This document shows positions 46,977 to 57,249 of a stretch of 64,000 bases of DNA, piece after piece. The position numbers and the translations under genes were made by a program. The notes under the pieces are model-generated. The model was not told the DNA's origin. It was given only the letters and a program-made list of their open reading frames with translations, and ran no database searches. Every line of letters begins with the position of its first letter. The stretch's first letter is position 1. The stretch covers positions 1,455 to 65,454 of the forward strand of contig JBKHYG010000021.1 of assembly GCA_046565595.1 (NCBI GenBank), written 5' to 3'. The DNA is from Actinomycetota bacterium (lineage in GTDB: Bacteria > Actinomycetota > AC-67).

Positions 46977-48428
46977 CTAGACGATCCCCACGGTGAAGGT
47001 CATCGAGTCGGATGCGGATGCGGCCCGCAGGACGGCGCTCGCCTCGACCGCGTACTCGCCAGGTAGGGCAAACAGAGCCGGCACATCGAAGGTGAAACGA
47101 CCGTCAGAACCACTGCTGCCTTCGAAGGTCATCGACTCGCTCAGGGTTTGGCGGGTGAGGGTGACCGATACCGCCGCCCCCTCTGCTGGCGATCCATCCA
47201 GGTACGCCAGACTGATCGAAGCCGAGTATCCGAGACCGTCCGGGACGACATTTCGCTCGTCGAAACCCTCTAGATCGAGGGTGATGACCTCTTCCACCCT
47301 GACGCCGAATGTCGTTGGTGTCGCGATGTTGCCCGCGGCGTCGACAGCCGAGCAGGTCACCGTCGTGTCTCCGATCGGGAACAGGGACCCAGAGGCTGGC
47401 AGACAGGACGCGACACCTTCGCCATCTACGATGTCGTTTGTTGCAGGAGCCTCGTACTCGACGATCGCACCATCTGGACCGGTCCCTGGGACGGTGAGGT
47501 CCGGATGCTCATCGATCACAGGCGCGGTCGTGTCTACGACATCGATCGTGAACGAGCTGGTCGTGGTCTCGTTGACCAGATCGACGGCTGAGCACTCGAC
47601 CACGGTGCTACCGATCGGGAACTCCGCACCCGATTCCGCGTCGCAGGTGACCGTCAGCGGTGTTCCAGCACCATCCTCGGCGGTCGGCTTCGAGAATGAG
47701 ACGGTAGCGCCCGAAGCGCTGGTTGCTTCGGCCGTGATGTCGGGGACACTTGCAACCGTCGGCGCTTGGTACTGGCGGACTGCCACATCGTCGAAGCTGA
47801 CGACACCGTTGTGCCAGGTCCAGAAGCCGAGGGCCATGGCGCCTGGCGAGGTCGGCAACTGCATGGTGGCCATGTGGGTTCCATCAACGGCGGCGGCGAC
47901 CTTGGTTCCGCGGACGACGAGCGTCCACCTGTGCCATCCCGATGGCGTAGGAGCCGATACGATGGGTCCGGCGTACTCGGTCCCATTCAGATAACGCGTC
48001 AGGCGGTATCTGCCGCCACTCTGCAGGTAGTCGAAGGTGACGGCGTTGCCGCTGCCGTAACGGTACTGCCCCGTCGAAGAAAGGAGCATCCCGCCGTGCA
48101 TGCCCTGGACAGACGGCGCATCGAATCGAACATCGACATCGTATCTGGTGCCATCAGCGAACTTGGAGCCTGCGGCAACCACCGCTGCGGTCTCGGTGGT
48201 GACCGTCTGAGGCAAGCAGAACGGGTTGCACACCGTTGCTGTCATCGTTCCCTGAAGCCGGAGAGCTCCACCAGACAGACCAGGCTGGCCGCCTCGAACG
48301 GAATAGACGCCGTTCAGATCGTTGAACGAGTTCGCGTAGACGACTGGCGCGACCGCTTCGGCGGGAGACGCAAGTAGGAAGGTGAGGAACAGGGGCGCCC
48401 AAGCAGCCCGGCGGGTCTTAAGGTTCAT
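46977..48428 (-). CDS. secreted protein with LamG/concanavalin-like region and two HYR (hyalin-repeat)-like domains
   Basis: Signal peptide LFLTFLLASPAEA; repeated FPIGSTVVECSAVD / FPIGDTTVTCSAVDAAGN. Confidence 0.5.
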   Translation of the reverse strand: MNLKTRRAAWAPLFLTFLLASPAEAVAPVVYANSFNDLNGVYSVRGGQPGLSGGALRLQGTMTATVCNPFCLPQTVTTETAAVVAAGSKFADGTRYDVDVRFDAPSVQGMHGGMLLSSTGQYRYGSGNAVTFDYLQSGGRYRLTRYLNGTEYAGPIVSAPTPSGWHRWTLVVRGTKVAAAVDGTHMATMQLPTSPGAMALGFWTWHNGVVSFDDVAVRQYQAPTVASVPDITAEATSASGATVSFSKPTAEDGAGTPLTVTCDAESGAEFPIGSTVVECSAVDLVNETTTSSFTIDVVDTTAPVIDEHPDLTVPGTGPDGAIVEYEAPATNDIVDGEGVASCLPASGSLFPIGDTTVTCSAVDAAGNIATPTTFGVRVEEVITLDLEGFDERNVVPDGLGYSASISLAYLDGSPAEGAAVSVTLTRQTLSESMTFEGSSGSDGRFTFDVPALFALPGEYAVEASAVLRAASASDSMTFTVGIV

Positions 48429-48503
48429 GACCGGACGATACCCACTTTTCGGGCACTGTGCCAGGGTCTTCCAGTTCGCTTGGTGCGGATATATCCGCTC
48501 TTG

Positions 48504-49382
48504 CTACATCTTCACCCATGACGCGCCGCCATCGGCGGTTCGGTAGACGCTCATCGTGTCAGCCGCATAGGCGACAGACCCGTCGGTGGGGCTGATCGCC
48601 AGCGCCAAGACCCCTTCCGGCAGTCCGCTCGTGACGAGCCGCCAGGTCCCTCCACCGTCTGATGTCGTCTGCACCCCTTCGGGGGTAGCGGCGAGGTATC
48701 GGTCGGGATCGGATGGGTCGGCTGCCACGGCCAGCACGGGACCCTGTGTGATCCCGTCGAGCTTCACCCAGGTGAGGCCGCTATCTCCAGAGCGATAGAG
48801 GCCGTTCGCGGTCCCGGCGAGCACGACCTCGGCCTCGAGCGAACCAGCCATCGCGAAGATCTGACCATCTATGCCCGTGGGCGAAAGCGTGGCCCAGGTT
48901 CGGCCGCCATCCTTCGAGGAGAACATGCCTGCGGCCGCCGACCAGCCCCAGAGGGCTTGCGAGTCACCCAGACTGACCGCCATGACATGGAAGTCGACAG
49001 GAGGATCGGTCACATCGGCTAGCAAGGTCCAAGATCGGCCGCTGTCGGTTGAGGATTCGACCCCGAGGCTCGGACGCTGCATCGAATGACCGCTTCTGTA
49101 CATGATGCCGTCTGCTGGATGCAGACTGAAACCCATGTGATCGTGAACATCGGGACCGGCGTACACCCAGCCGCCTTCGTCCCCGGGCGTCAACAGACCG
49201 TTGTGGGTGGCGACGAACAATTTGCTGGAACCATCCACTCCCAAACCGTGGATGTGGGTCAGGGGCGCAGCCGTTCCGATGTATCGAGGGTCCACGCCCG
49301 ACTTGTCCAGGGGCGGCGAACTAGAGCAAGCACCGAAGAGGATAGCCAGGGCGAGGGGGGCGAGGCGCCGGATGCTAGGCAA
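48504..49382 (-). CDS. BNR/Ycf48-like repeat lipoprotein
   Basis: Lipobox LAILFGAC; repeated S.DGG.TW beta-propeller motifs; overlaps the copB stop. Confidence 0.5.
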   Translation of the reverse strand: MPSIRRLAPLALAILFGACSSSPPLDKSGVDPRYIGTAAPLTHIHGLGVDGSSKLFVATHNGLLTPGDEGGWVYAGPDVHDHMGFSLHPADGIMYRSGHSMQRPSLGVESSTDSGRSWTLLADVTDPPVDFHVMAVSLGDSQALWGWSAAAGMFSSKDGGRTWATLSPTGIDGQIFAMAGSLEAEVVLAGTANGLYRSGDSGLTWVKLDGITQGPVLAVAADPSDPDRYLAATPEGVQTTSDGGGTWRLVTSGLPEGVLALAISPTDGSVAYAADTMSVYRTADGGASWVKM

Positions 49383-51432
49383 GTGTCGACCTCCGTCGTA
49401 GGAGTTGCGCGTTGAGGGCTACGACGACCGTGCTTACCGACATCAGCAACGCACCGATGGCGGGCGCGAGGACGAACCCGATGGGAGCGAGGATCCCTGC
49501 CGCCAGTGGGATCGCGAAGACGTTGTAGCCGGTAGCCCACACGAGGTTCTGAACCATCTTCCGGTAGGTCGCTTGGGATAGTCCGACCACACGGACCACA
49601 TCGCGCGGGTCGTCGCGCACCAGGATCACATCGGCGGACTCTATGGCGACATCCGTGCCGGCGCCGATGGCGATCCCCACATCAGCCTGGGCGAGGGCCG
49701 GTGCGTCGTTGACACCGTCGCCGACCATGGCGACACGATCACCACGCTCTTGGAGTTCACGGATCCGTGCGGCCTTGTCTTCGGGCAAGACCTGTGCGAA
49801 GAACTCGTCGATCTCGAGGCTCGCCGCGACGGCGCGGGCGACCTCTTCTGAATCTCCGGTGATCATCGCAACCCGCATGCCCAGGTCGTGAAGCGAGCGC
49901 ACGGCTTCACGCGACTCGTCACGGATGACATCGGCCAGAGCGAAGGATGCGACCACTCGTCCTGCGGCGATCAACGAGATGACGGTGTTGCCGTTGGCAG
50001 CTCGTTCCTTCATGAAGCGAGCTACTTGCCCGGAAGAACTCGCGTTGGTCTCCTCGATCAACCGAGGCCCCCCTAGCAGCATCTCTTCCCCGTCGATCTG
50101 ACCCTTGACACCTCGTCCGGCCAACGCCTTGAAGGCCTGAACGGTTGGCGATCTGATGCCTCGCCGCTCGGCCTCTGCAACGATCGCACGCCCGAGCGGA
50201 TGCTCAGAATCCCCTTCGAGCGCGGCGGCCACGCCCAGCGCTCTGTCTTCGTTCCAATCTTCGGCGGTGGCTATGGCTGCGAGTCCCAACTGACCCTTGG
50301 TGAGTGTCCCTGTCTTGTCGAAGACGACGACCTTCAGATCCTTCGCTTGTTCGAGTGCCAGTCGGTCGCGTACCAGCAGTCCGTTGCGTGCCGCCAGCGA
50401 TGTCGAGATCGTGATGACGAGTGGAACCGCTAGACCCAGTGCGTGAGGACATGCGATGACTATCACCGTCACGGTGCGTTCGATGATGAACGCAGCTCCC
50501 CTATCGGTCAGCACGATCCATGCGAGCGCGGTGATGACTCCTGAAGCGATCGCTACATATGTCAACACCGTGGCTGCGCGGTCGGCGATCGCCTGTGCGC
50601 GCGACTTCGCGGCCTGAGCTTCACGCACGAGGCGCCCGATCCCAGCCAGCGCCGTCGCGTCTCCGGTCGCCGTTACGCGGATCCGGAGCGAGCCCTCCTG
50701 GTTGACAGCACCAGCCACGAGCGAGTCCCCCACTCGTCTGGCGACCGGCTTCGATTCACCGGTCAGCATGGATTCGTCGAGGTGCGATTCGCCTTCGACG
50801 ATCTCGCCATCGGCCGGGACGCGGCCGCCCGGCCTGACCACGACGATGTCATCCGTCTGAAGCGTCGAGACAGGGACCTCTTCTGTTCCGCCTCCGCTCA
50901 CGCGTTCCGCAGTGTCAGGCAACAGCTTCGCGAGTTCGGCCAACGCGCCTTGCGCACGACCGATCGACCTCATCTCGATCCAATGACCGAGCAGCATCAC
51001 ATCGACCAGCGTCGCCATCTCCCAGTAGAAGCCTTCGCCCTCGAGCACGAAGGTGGTTGCGACGCTGTATGCGTAAGCGGTTCCGATGCCGAGAGAGACG
51101 AGGGTCATCATCGCTGGCGTGCCCACCCGCAATTCGCCGGCCGCAGAACGGAAGAAGACCTGCCCTCCGTAGATGAAGATCACCGTCGCTAGGGCGAACG
51201 GCACGACCTTTGGCCCGGGCAGTTCTGGGGCGGTAGCTCCGAGCCACTCCCAGACCATCGGCGAGTAGGCGACCACCGGCAGGGTCAGACCAAGGCACAC
51301 CCAGAATCGGTCGCGGAACATCGTCGTCGAGTGTCCGGCGTGCCGGTCATGTCCTTGATCTTCAGAAGTGTGGGTAGCGGACGACTCCGGCATGTGGGAG
51401 CCGTGGCCGCCCGCGTGTGTCTCGGTGTCCAC
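49375..51432 (-). CDS. P1B-type heavy-metal (copper) translocating ATPase with His-rich N-terminus (CopB-like)
   Basis: DKTGTLT phosphorylation site; TM CPH motif ([12 protein letters not shown]); HAGGHGSH...HDRHAGH N-terminus; [10 protein letters not shown]. Confidence 0.85.
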   Translation of the reverse strand: MDTETHAGGHGSHMPESSATHTSEDQGHDRHAGHSTTMFRDRFWVCLGLTLPVVAYSPMVWEWLGATAPELPGPKVVPFALATVIFIYGGQVFFRSAAGELRVGTPAMMTLVSLGIGTAYAYSVATTFVLEGEGFYWEMATLVDVMLLGHWIEMRSIGRAQGALAELAKLLPDTAERVSGGGTEEVPVSTLQTDDIVVVRPGGRVPADGEIVEGESHLDESMLTGESKPVARRVGDSLVAGAVNQEGSLRIRVTATGDATALAGIGRLVREAQAAKSRAQAIADRAATVLTYVAIASGVITALAWIVLTDRGAAFIIERTVTVIVIACPHALGLAVPLVITISTSLAARNGLLVRDRLALEQAKDLKVVVFDKTGTLTKGQLGLAAIATAEDWNEDRALGVAAALEGDSEHPLGRAIVAEAERRGIRSPTVQAFKALAGRGVKGQIDGEEMLLGGPRLIEETNASSSGQVARFMKERAANGNTVISLIAAGRVVASFALADVIRDESREAVRSLHDLGMRVAMITGDSEEVARAVAASLEIDEFFAQVLPEDKAARIRELQERGDRVAMVGDGVNDAPALAQADVGIAIGAGTDVAIESADVILVRDDPRDVVRVVGLSQATYRKMVQNLVWATGYNVFAIPLAAGILAPIGFVLAPAIGALLMSVSTVVVALNAQLLRRRSTLA

Positions 51433-51495
51433 GCCGACACGTTACAGCCCACGGTCAACGCCTCGCGGCGTCGCAAGGCCCAGGCGTACTCCGGG

Positions 51496-52365
51496 TCAGG
51501 GCAGTTCGATGATCGCAGCCGCCAGAGTCACTTCGGTCGAACCGAACGACCCCGCCCCGACGCCGCTGCTGCGGAAGGTGTAGTTGCCGCCCGTGGCGGC
51601 ATCTGGCCCCACCAGGTCGTGGAAGAAACAGCCTGAAGCAACAGGGATCCCGACGGGATCGGCGTCTGCCCACAGTGTCGTCGGGCAGCGCCTCGACCCG
51701 CCGGGGCCGTCGACCTCGAGCGTGGCGACCGACCCTTCTGCCTGGGTGAAGGACCCGACTATCACGCGTCCACCCGGGCGAAGGGTGATGCTGCCGTCCA
51801 CCTGGACCCTCGCGCCGTAGGGAGCGAAGACCGCTAGGTGGGCTGCGCTCTCGAGATCGATCGAGGAGAGCATGAAGACATCGTCGCCGCGAGTGAGGCC
51901 GAGGATCTCGACGCCCGGAGCCGCCTCGAGCCTCAGGGTCCATGGGGCTTGGCCGAACCACCACACGACGATCGTCGTCTGGCCTGGCGACGAAACTGCG
52001 ACCTCGACCGTGATCGGGCCCTGCTCCTCTCCGTCGCTTCCGTCCTCGCGGAGGTACACCCCGAAGCCAGGCAAAGCCAGGTCGATGTAGGTGAGTTCGC
52101 GATCGGGGGTTCCGCTCATACTGGACCCACCGATGCGGTCAAGGTTCTCGTCATAGAGATCGATCGAGCCAGCGATAGGACCGCGGATGCCGCTCGTCGA
52201 GGAAACTTCGAGGCTGAAGTCCGATCCGTCGCTATCGATCGTGACCGCAAGCCAACCACTGGAGAGCGGACCTTCCTGGATGATCAGAGGCGGTTCGGCA
52301 GCTGATGCGGGAGCGTTCGTGACGAGCACACAGAGCGCCGAGAGGACAGCAGCGAGACTACGCAT
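51496..52365 (-). CDS. hypothetical secreted protein
   Basis: Signal peptide LSALCVLVTNAPASA; no recognised motifs. Confidence 0.35.
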   Translation of the reverse strand: MRSLAAVLSALCVLVTNAPASAAEPPLIIQEGPLSSGWLAVTIDSDGSDFSLEVSSTSGIRGPIAGSIDLYDENLDRIGGSSMSGTPDRELTYIDLALPGFGVYLREDGSDGEEQGPITVEVAVSSPGQTTIVVWWFGQAPWTLRLEAAPGVEILGLTRGDDVFMLSSIDLESAAHLAVFAPYGARVQVDGSITLRPGGRVIVGSFTQAEGSVATLEVDGPGGSRRCPTTLWADADPVGIPVASGCFFHDLVGPDAATGGNYTFRSSGVGAGSFGSTEVTLAAAIIELP

Positions 52366-52505
52366 GGTGAGTACAGCGATTCGCCTCGGCCTGGGGTGAT
52401 TCCTTCTCCCCGGCGCATCTACTCGTGTGTGACAGCCGACCGATCAATAGCCGCGGGGCATCTGCCATCAGCTCTGCCCTACCGGTGTTCGGCAATCCCT
52501 TGACA

Positions 52506-52922
52506 TCAACTACGGTGCTCGATGATCCGGCCTCGTTGTGTGTCCATCACTCGCGTGCCTGCGACAAGGTCATGCAGGCCTCGATTCCGCGGGTTGAGTA
52601 GAGCTACGGCGGCGAAGGGCAGCAGGGGCCCGACCAACATCGCGTTGCGCACGAACGCTTGCCCCAATCCGACCGGCCCAAAGGACTCAGCAGTGACTAC
52701 ACGGCAGTTGAACATCCACTTGCCTACGGTTGATCCCGTTGCTCCCTCGGTGATCGGCTTGTAGAGCCAGAATGCCGCTGCTGGGATCAGAACGCCCGCC
52801 ATCCCCGATGAATTCAATAGTCCACCCGCGAAGAAGAACAGCAGGTATGCCACGAGCAGATCGATACCGAAGGCGGCCGATCGACGCCAGATCGGTGTGC
52901 AGCCCGCCCAGTAACTGCTCAT
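52506..52922 (-). CDS. RDD-family membrane protein
   Basis: 138 aa; multi-TM with RDD-like layout (WRRSAAFGIDLLVAYLLFF...). Confidence 0.5.
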   Translation of the reverse strand: MSSYWAGCTPIWRRSAAFGIDLLVAYLLFFFAGGLLNSSGMAGVLIPAAAFWLYKPITEGATGSTVGKWMFNCRVVTAESFGPVGLGQAFVRNAMLVGPLLPFAAVALLNPRNRGLHDLVAGTRVMDTQRGRIIEHRS

Positions 52923-53010
52923 CAGTCCGGGCTCATCCTATGGACAGCAGGCATCCGGTTCCCAGCGAAACCCGGACCCCCAACGACGCGACGATCGACG
53001 CCCCGCAGAG

Positions 53011-54120
53011 TTAGGCCCGGTCGATCGAGGCCGCGATGCGACGGAAGAGGGCTTCCATGCCGGGGACATCGCACCCGTACAGCGAGAGCGCCAGTCGACG
53101 CTCTTCGCCCGGCTCTGGCGGCAAGGATGCGACGCCCTGCCATTCGGGGCCGTCCGCGCAGAACCCACCTGCCGCCGGGATCCCGTGACCGATCACGATG
53201 TCGACCGTTCCCGCGCCCGTCGCCATCGTGCCTGTGAAGCTCACTTCCCATTGAGGTCCGAGATCGTGGTCGCGATCGGTTGCGAACTCTTCGACTTTGA
53301 GCGATGCCTCACCGGGGCGAGCGAAGAAGTGGATCAGTGTGCCCACGAAGTTCCTTCGTTGCATGAGGATGCGGTACACATCGCCGCCTCGATCCGGATC
53401 GACTTCATCGCGGAACCACGATGCGGGCAACTCGACCGAGATAGGCGTGCCGGGGACTTGCGAGCGCTCGAGGACAGGTTCGCCGATCCGCGACCGCAGC
53501 GCATCAGGGCCGGGGGGTCGCTGCACATCCGGGGGGATCTCCTCTGGGAACTCCAGCCCATGCAACAACGCCAGATAGGCGTTCTCGCCCTCTTCCGCCT
53601 CGGTTGACAGGAACTCGATCCGCACGACCTGCCCGGCAGAGAACCGAAGGTGCGTCACCGCGACGAACCTCCAGCCTTGACTCTCGGCGTATGGATCGAG
53701 CGAACCGACACGCTGGATGCGGGCAGTCCCCGGCCGACCAGCAACCTCGAAGCGTGTGAGCGGAGCGTCTCTCCGGAAACTCTCGCCGACCTCGAGTGGA
53801 GCTTCCTGCACCATCAGCGCGACATCGTGGCTCGCGGGAAGTGAACCGTCCTCGCCGAATCCGCCCTGCATCCGGACCACTCTGGATCGCCAGACCTCCC
53901 ACGATTCCGGCACATCGAAAGTGAGGTCCTTGAAACGCCATGTCGTCGTCGGCTCGGACGACGACGCGGTCGGTGAGGGTATCGTCGGAGACGGATGGGA
54001 TGAAGCCCCGACATCGGGCTGCCCACGACCACACGCGACAGCCAGCAAGGCTCCCGCGAGAGCCCCCGCTACCCAAGCGCCATGCTTCACCGGACCCAAT
54101 CGTATGCCCATGAGAACCAA
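53011..54120 (-). CDS. hypothetical lipoprotein/secreted protein
   Basis: Lipobox-like ALLAVACG after a signal peptide; Ser/Pro/Thr linker. Confidence 0.35.
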   Translation of the reverse strand: MVLMGIRLGPVKHGAWVAGALAGALLAVACGRGQPDVGASSHPSPTIPSPTASSSEPTTTWRFKDLTFDVPESWEVWRSRVVRMQGGFGEDGSLPASHDVALMVQEAPLEVGESFRRDAPLTRFEVAGRPGTARIQRVGSLDPYAESQGWRFVAVTHLRFSAGQVVRIEFLSTEAEEGENAYLALLHGLEFPEEIPPDVQRPPGPDALRSRIGEPVLERSQVPGTPISVELPASWFRDEVDPDRGGDVYRILMQRRNFVGTLIHFFARPGEASLKVEEFATDRDHDLGPQWEVSFTGTMATGAGTVDIVIGHGIPAAGGFCADGPEWQGVASLPPEPGEERRLALSLYGCDVPGMEALFRRIAASIDRA

Positions 54121-54133
54121 GGCAGCGCGCGCG

Positions 54134-54430
54134 TCAGCGGGTCCGCAACCAGCGGTCGAGATCTTTCCGGTGGACGATTCCGAGGATCAGCAGAACACGA
54201 TCCTCCTCGATGATGTCGTACATCACACGATGGTCGCCCACGCGGAGTCGATGGAACTTGTCTCTCGCGCCCTGCAGGGTCTTGGACTTCTTCCCCGCCA
54301 CGCGCCCCGGGATTCCGACCTGGGCCGCGAGTTCCTTGAGCGCCTTCTTCAGCCGTCGGCGTTCGGCCTCGGGCAACTTGCGGAAGGCGCGCGCAGCACC
54401 CGGGGCGAGTTCGACCGAGTAGGCGCTCAG
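54134..54430 (-). CDS. RelE/ParE-family type II toxin (N-terminus continuous with the antitoxin stop; canonical ATG replaced by CTG)
   Basis: C-terminal core FHRLRVGDHRVMYDIIEEDRVLLILGIVHRKD; conserved N-terminal strand SAYSVELAPGAARAFRKL lies in frame directly after the antitoxin TGA with only a CTG at 54428-54430; first ATG/GTG/TTG is the TTG at 54376. Confidence 0.65.
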   Translation of the reverse strand: MSAYSVELAPGAARAFRKLPEAERRRLKKALKELAAQVGIPGRVAGKKSKTLQGARDKFHRLRVGDHRVMYDIIEEDRVLLILGIVHRKDLDRWLRTR

Positions 54431-54663
54431 TCCAGGTCCTCAAGGTTGGTCGTCTTGCCCGCGCGGTACGCGGCCCTGGCCTGTCGGCGCTGCTTCACGA
54501 ACTCGTCCGCGTTCGCCAGAACGATGTCCTCAGCCTCATCGATCGGCAAGAGAACAGCGGCCGGCCGGCCGCGGCGAGTCACGACATATGCGGCTCCGTG
54601 TTCGACCGCCTCGACCACGCTAGAAGCCGATGCCTTCAATTCTTTGATGCCGATCTCGGCCAT
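54427..54663 (-). CDS. Phd/YefM-family antitoxin
   Basis: 78 aa; MAEIGIKELKASASSVVEAVEHGAAYVVTRRGRPAAVLLPIDEAE. Confidence 0.75.
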   Translation of the reverse strand: MAEIGIKELKASASSVVEAVEHGAAYVVTRRGRPAAVLLPIDEAEDIVLANADEFVKQRRQARAAYRAGKTTNLEDLD

Positions 54664-54854
54664 GGTGCACTCTCCGCGAAGTGGTCACTTAGGGAACCAC
54701 CTTAGCGGATCCACCCCCTATCCGCAAGGGGATCCAACAGAGGTCGTCTGGCCGCTTTGGAGCCTCCAGCTGCGGACCTGTTACCGACGCGGGCCCACGG
54801 CAGGGTCGAAACGGCAGGGAACGAGCGGTGGCCGCTCGATGTGCGTGACGAAGG

Positions 54855-55142
54855 TCAGCTCGGCCAAAGAGTCTTCGATCTTGTTGAGAGGCGAGGAGAT
54901 GTGTCCTCCGGCAGGTCGATCTCCAAGGGCTGCTCGCCGGGTTCGGCTGGGACCGTGAGTCCGTACCCCACCGGGTCGATCTGCAGGATGCGCACCGCTG
55001 CCGCCTGGAGTTCGGGGGCTTCGACAGCCGTCGTCGTGTCCACGATGAACCGGTGCCGACCGCACCCGATCGGGTTCGTCTGCGGCGCGCATGCGCTCAG
55101 TGCCAGCAGGAGCGCCAGCACCCATCCGAGGTAGTTGCTCAC
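54855..55142 (-). CDS. hypothetical small lipoprotein
   Basis: LALLLALSACAP lipobox-like N-terminus. Confidence 0.3.
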   Translation of the reverse strand: MSNYLGWVLALLLALSACAPQTNPIGCGRHRFIVDTTTAVEAPELQAAAVRILQIDPVGYGLTVPAEPGEQPLEIDLPEDTSPRLSTRSKTLWPS

Positions 55143-55579
55143 CCGGGCAGGGGGTCCGCCGAGAATTCGACGGTGAAAGTGCCTGTGGGGACCACCCGAA
55201 GCTCACTGTCGCAGTCATTCAGCAGCCTACATCTCGGCCCAAGGAAGGCGACCGTTGCAACAAAATCCTTCGGCGCGTCGAAGCGCAGGCGGGGCCTTCC
55301 GCCCCCCTCGATGCCCCCAGGGACTCCGATTGCTAAGTCGCACGTGTACCGAGGCCCGGTGAAGTCACAAATCCAGCGCACGATCAGCACACCGTCGACG
55401 GTTATCTCCACCATCACATCCCCAACCGAAGACGGTCCATGGTCCATGGCCATGAACCACTCCTTGGCTGCCGTTCCGACCGAGCGCTGGCACGGGTCGG
55501 ATGTCGCCATGGGATACGACTGGCCGGAACACGCCGGCACGCCATCATCGGCGGACGCCGACGGCGCGGCCACGAACAT
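55139..55579 (-). CDS. hypothetical secreted protein
   Basis: ORF with Cys-rich N-terminus; coupled overlap with the downstream ORF; no motif recognised. Confidence 0.3.
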   Translation of the reverse strand: MFVAAPSASADDGVPACSGQSYPMATSDPCQRSVGTAAKEWFMAMDHGPSSVGDVMVEITVDGVLIVRWICDFTGPRYTCDLAIGVPGGIEGGGRPRLRFDAPKDFVATVAFLGPRCRLLNDCDSELRVVPTGTFTVEFSADPLPG

Positions 55580-55843
55580 GGCCGTAGCAAGCGCAACTGC
55601 TGCCAGGATCGCTGTAGTCCTTGGACTGACTCTGATGATGTCTTCCCCCTTTGAGGTGCGCCTGGAAGTTGTTTCGACAGGCGGCCAAGCCGGACCTGCA
55701 TACGCGTGACTACCTTCGGACCTCGTTGACTCCCGGCTGATCAGAGTGGGTGATGGAGAGGCTCTCGCGCGCGTTCATCGACCGGTGAGGGGCCGTCGCC
55801 GCGGGTGGTCAATCAGACAGTGGGGTCGAGCCGGACTTCTGCG

Positions 55844-56638
55844 TCAGCAGGACTGGGCTCGCACATCAAGCACCCGCAGCAACGCTCGCGCCTCTGCCCG
55901 ACCCGAATCCGGAAGCAGCCCAGGACTGAGTTTCAGGCCGGCATGAATCTCGATCGAAACCCGATACTCGCCGGCCCCCAGCGACTCATTCGCATAGCAG
56001 CTACCCGCTATGAGTCTTACCTCGGTCGGTGTGGGCCCCGGGGAACTCTCCCTGGCCAAGAACCGGCGGTCGTGAGCGAACTCACAACATCCAGAACGAC
56101 CTATCGATAGCGTGGCTGCTACCGCACCGTCCCCCTCAGACCCCTCATAGATGAGTCCGCTACGCACGAAGCCGATGTAGGAGACGGCCAGATCGACGAC
56201 CACGCGCTCTCGTGCACCGACAGCGATGGTTTCAGCCCGGTCGATGGAACTGATGCCACCGCAAGAGCCCTCCGAGGGAACGAGTCCCGAAGCCGTGGAC
56301 TCCACCCAGCAGGTCACGCCCACTGAACCGTCCTCCGTGCCTACATGCGTGATGTCGCAGGAAGCCGCGATAGGGGCGTAGCAACCGCCGTCGACCCGGT
56401 TAGCCGACCATGACCCCGGTGCAGCTGCAGAAGGCGACGCAGACAAGGCGACCAGGCTGGCCATCGCCAATCCGAGGGCGATAGCCGCCCGTCCACTGGA
56501 AAGGTGGGCCGCCCTCTTCCGGCATTGGCGATCGATCCAATATGCCTCGTGGCGAGTCGCCTCGGGGGTCAGCGCAAAGCGGGATAGGTCTGCGTTCTGC
56601 CACGCAACCACCTCGAGGCGTCGCGTCCCGGCGAACAC
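55844..56638 (-). CDS. hypothetical secreted protein
   Basis: Internal signal-peptide-like AIALGLAMASLVALSASPSAAAP; no motif recognised. Confidence 0.3.
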   Translation of the reverse strand: MFAGTRRLEVVAWQNADLSRFALTPEATRHEAYWIDRQCRKRAAHLSSGRAAIALGLAMASLVALSASPSAAAPGSWSANRVDGGCYAPIAASCDITHVGTEDGSVGVTCWVESTASGLVPSEGSCGGISSIDRAETIAVGARERVVVDLAVSYIGFVRSGLIYEGSEGDGAVAATLSIGRSGCCEFAHDRRFLARESSPGPTPTEVRLIAGSCYANESLGAGEYRVSIEIHAGLKLSPGLLPDSGRAEARALLRVLDVRAQSC

Positions 56639-56870
56639 TCAGCCCCCCGCGTGCACATGGCACAGTCCGCATCGAAGATGAACAGACCAACATGCCGGCG
56701 GGCTGGGGTTGTCGGGGCCACAGTCAGGCCTCCGAAAGCCAACTCAAGAGCGGGACATGGGCTAGGGAATGTGCCATCTACGGAGTCCTCTCCTCGAGGC
56801 ACCTACCTTCAAGGACGGTAGCAGAACGATCCCACCTAGGACCAAGAACAAGTACGAACCTTTGGTGCGG

Positions 56871-56957
56871 GTGATAGGACAGCTTTTGAACCTCCGGGAA
56901 GAGGTCGAGAGTCTCCTCACCGCCAGCCTCCGTCCGCCGCGGCGGCGGAGCCGTTAG
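56871..56957 (+). other. small ORF (28 aa, GTG start) MIGQLLNLREEVESLLTASL..., paralogous to 59383-59517
   Basis: About 60-nt block TGATAGGACAGCTTTTGAACCTCCGGGAAGAGGT shared with 59383ff; differences concentrated at synonymous codon positions in the same + frame. Confidence 0.35.
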
Positions 56958-57249
56958 GTGAAGGGCGTCGCCGCGCTCCACGCCTGGTCGAAGTCGGCGT
57001 ACGACAACCGACCGGGCGCGCCGGCCTGGCAACACCGCCGAGCGATACCGGTACGCGGTAGCTCTTGACCCGCCCGAGGGTTCGGGCTTGAATCCGCGTT
57101 TGCGCGGCCCAGCGCACAGCCGAAGCGGACGCTCCCCAGCGGCACCGTCGCGGTGAAGGGGAGCACATCCTCGGGCCACGAGCACGCACCCTGTGCCGAT
57201 CGTGCGCATGTCGCTGGGGGACGGCGCCTCATCGGCGGAGGAAGCTGCG

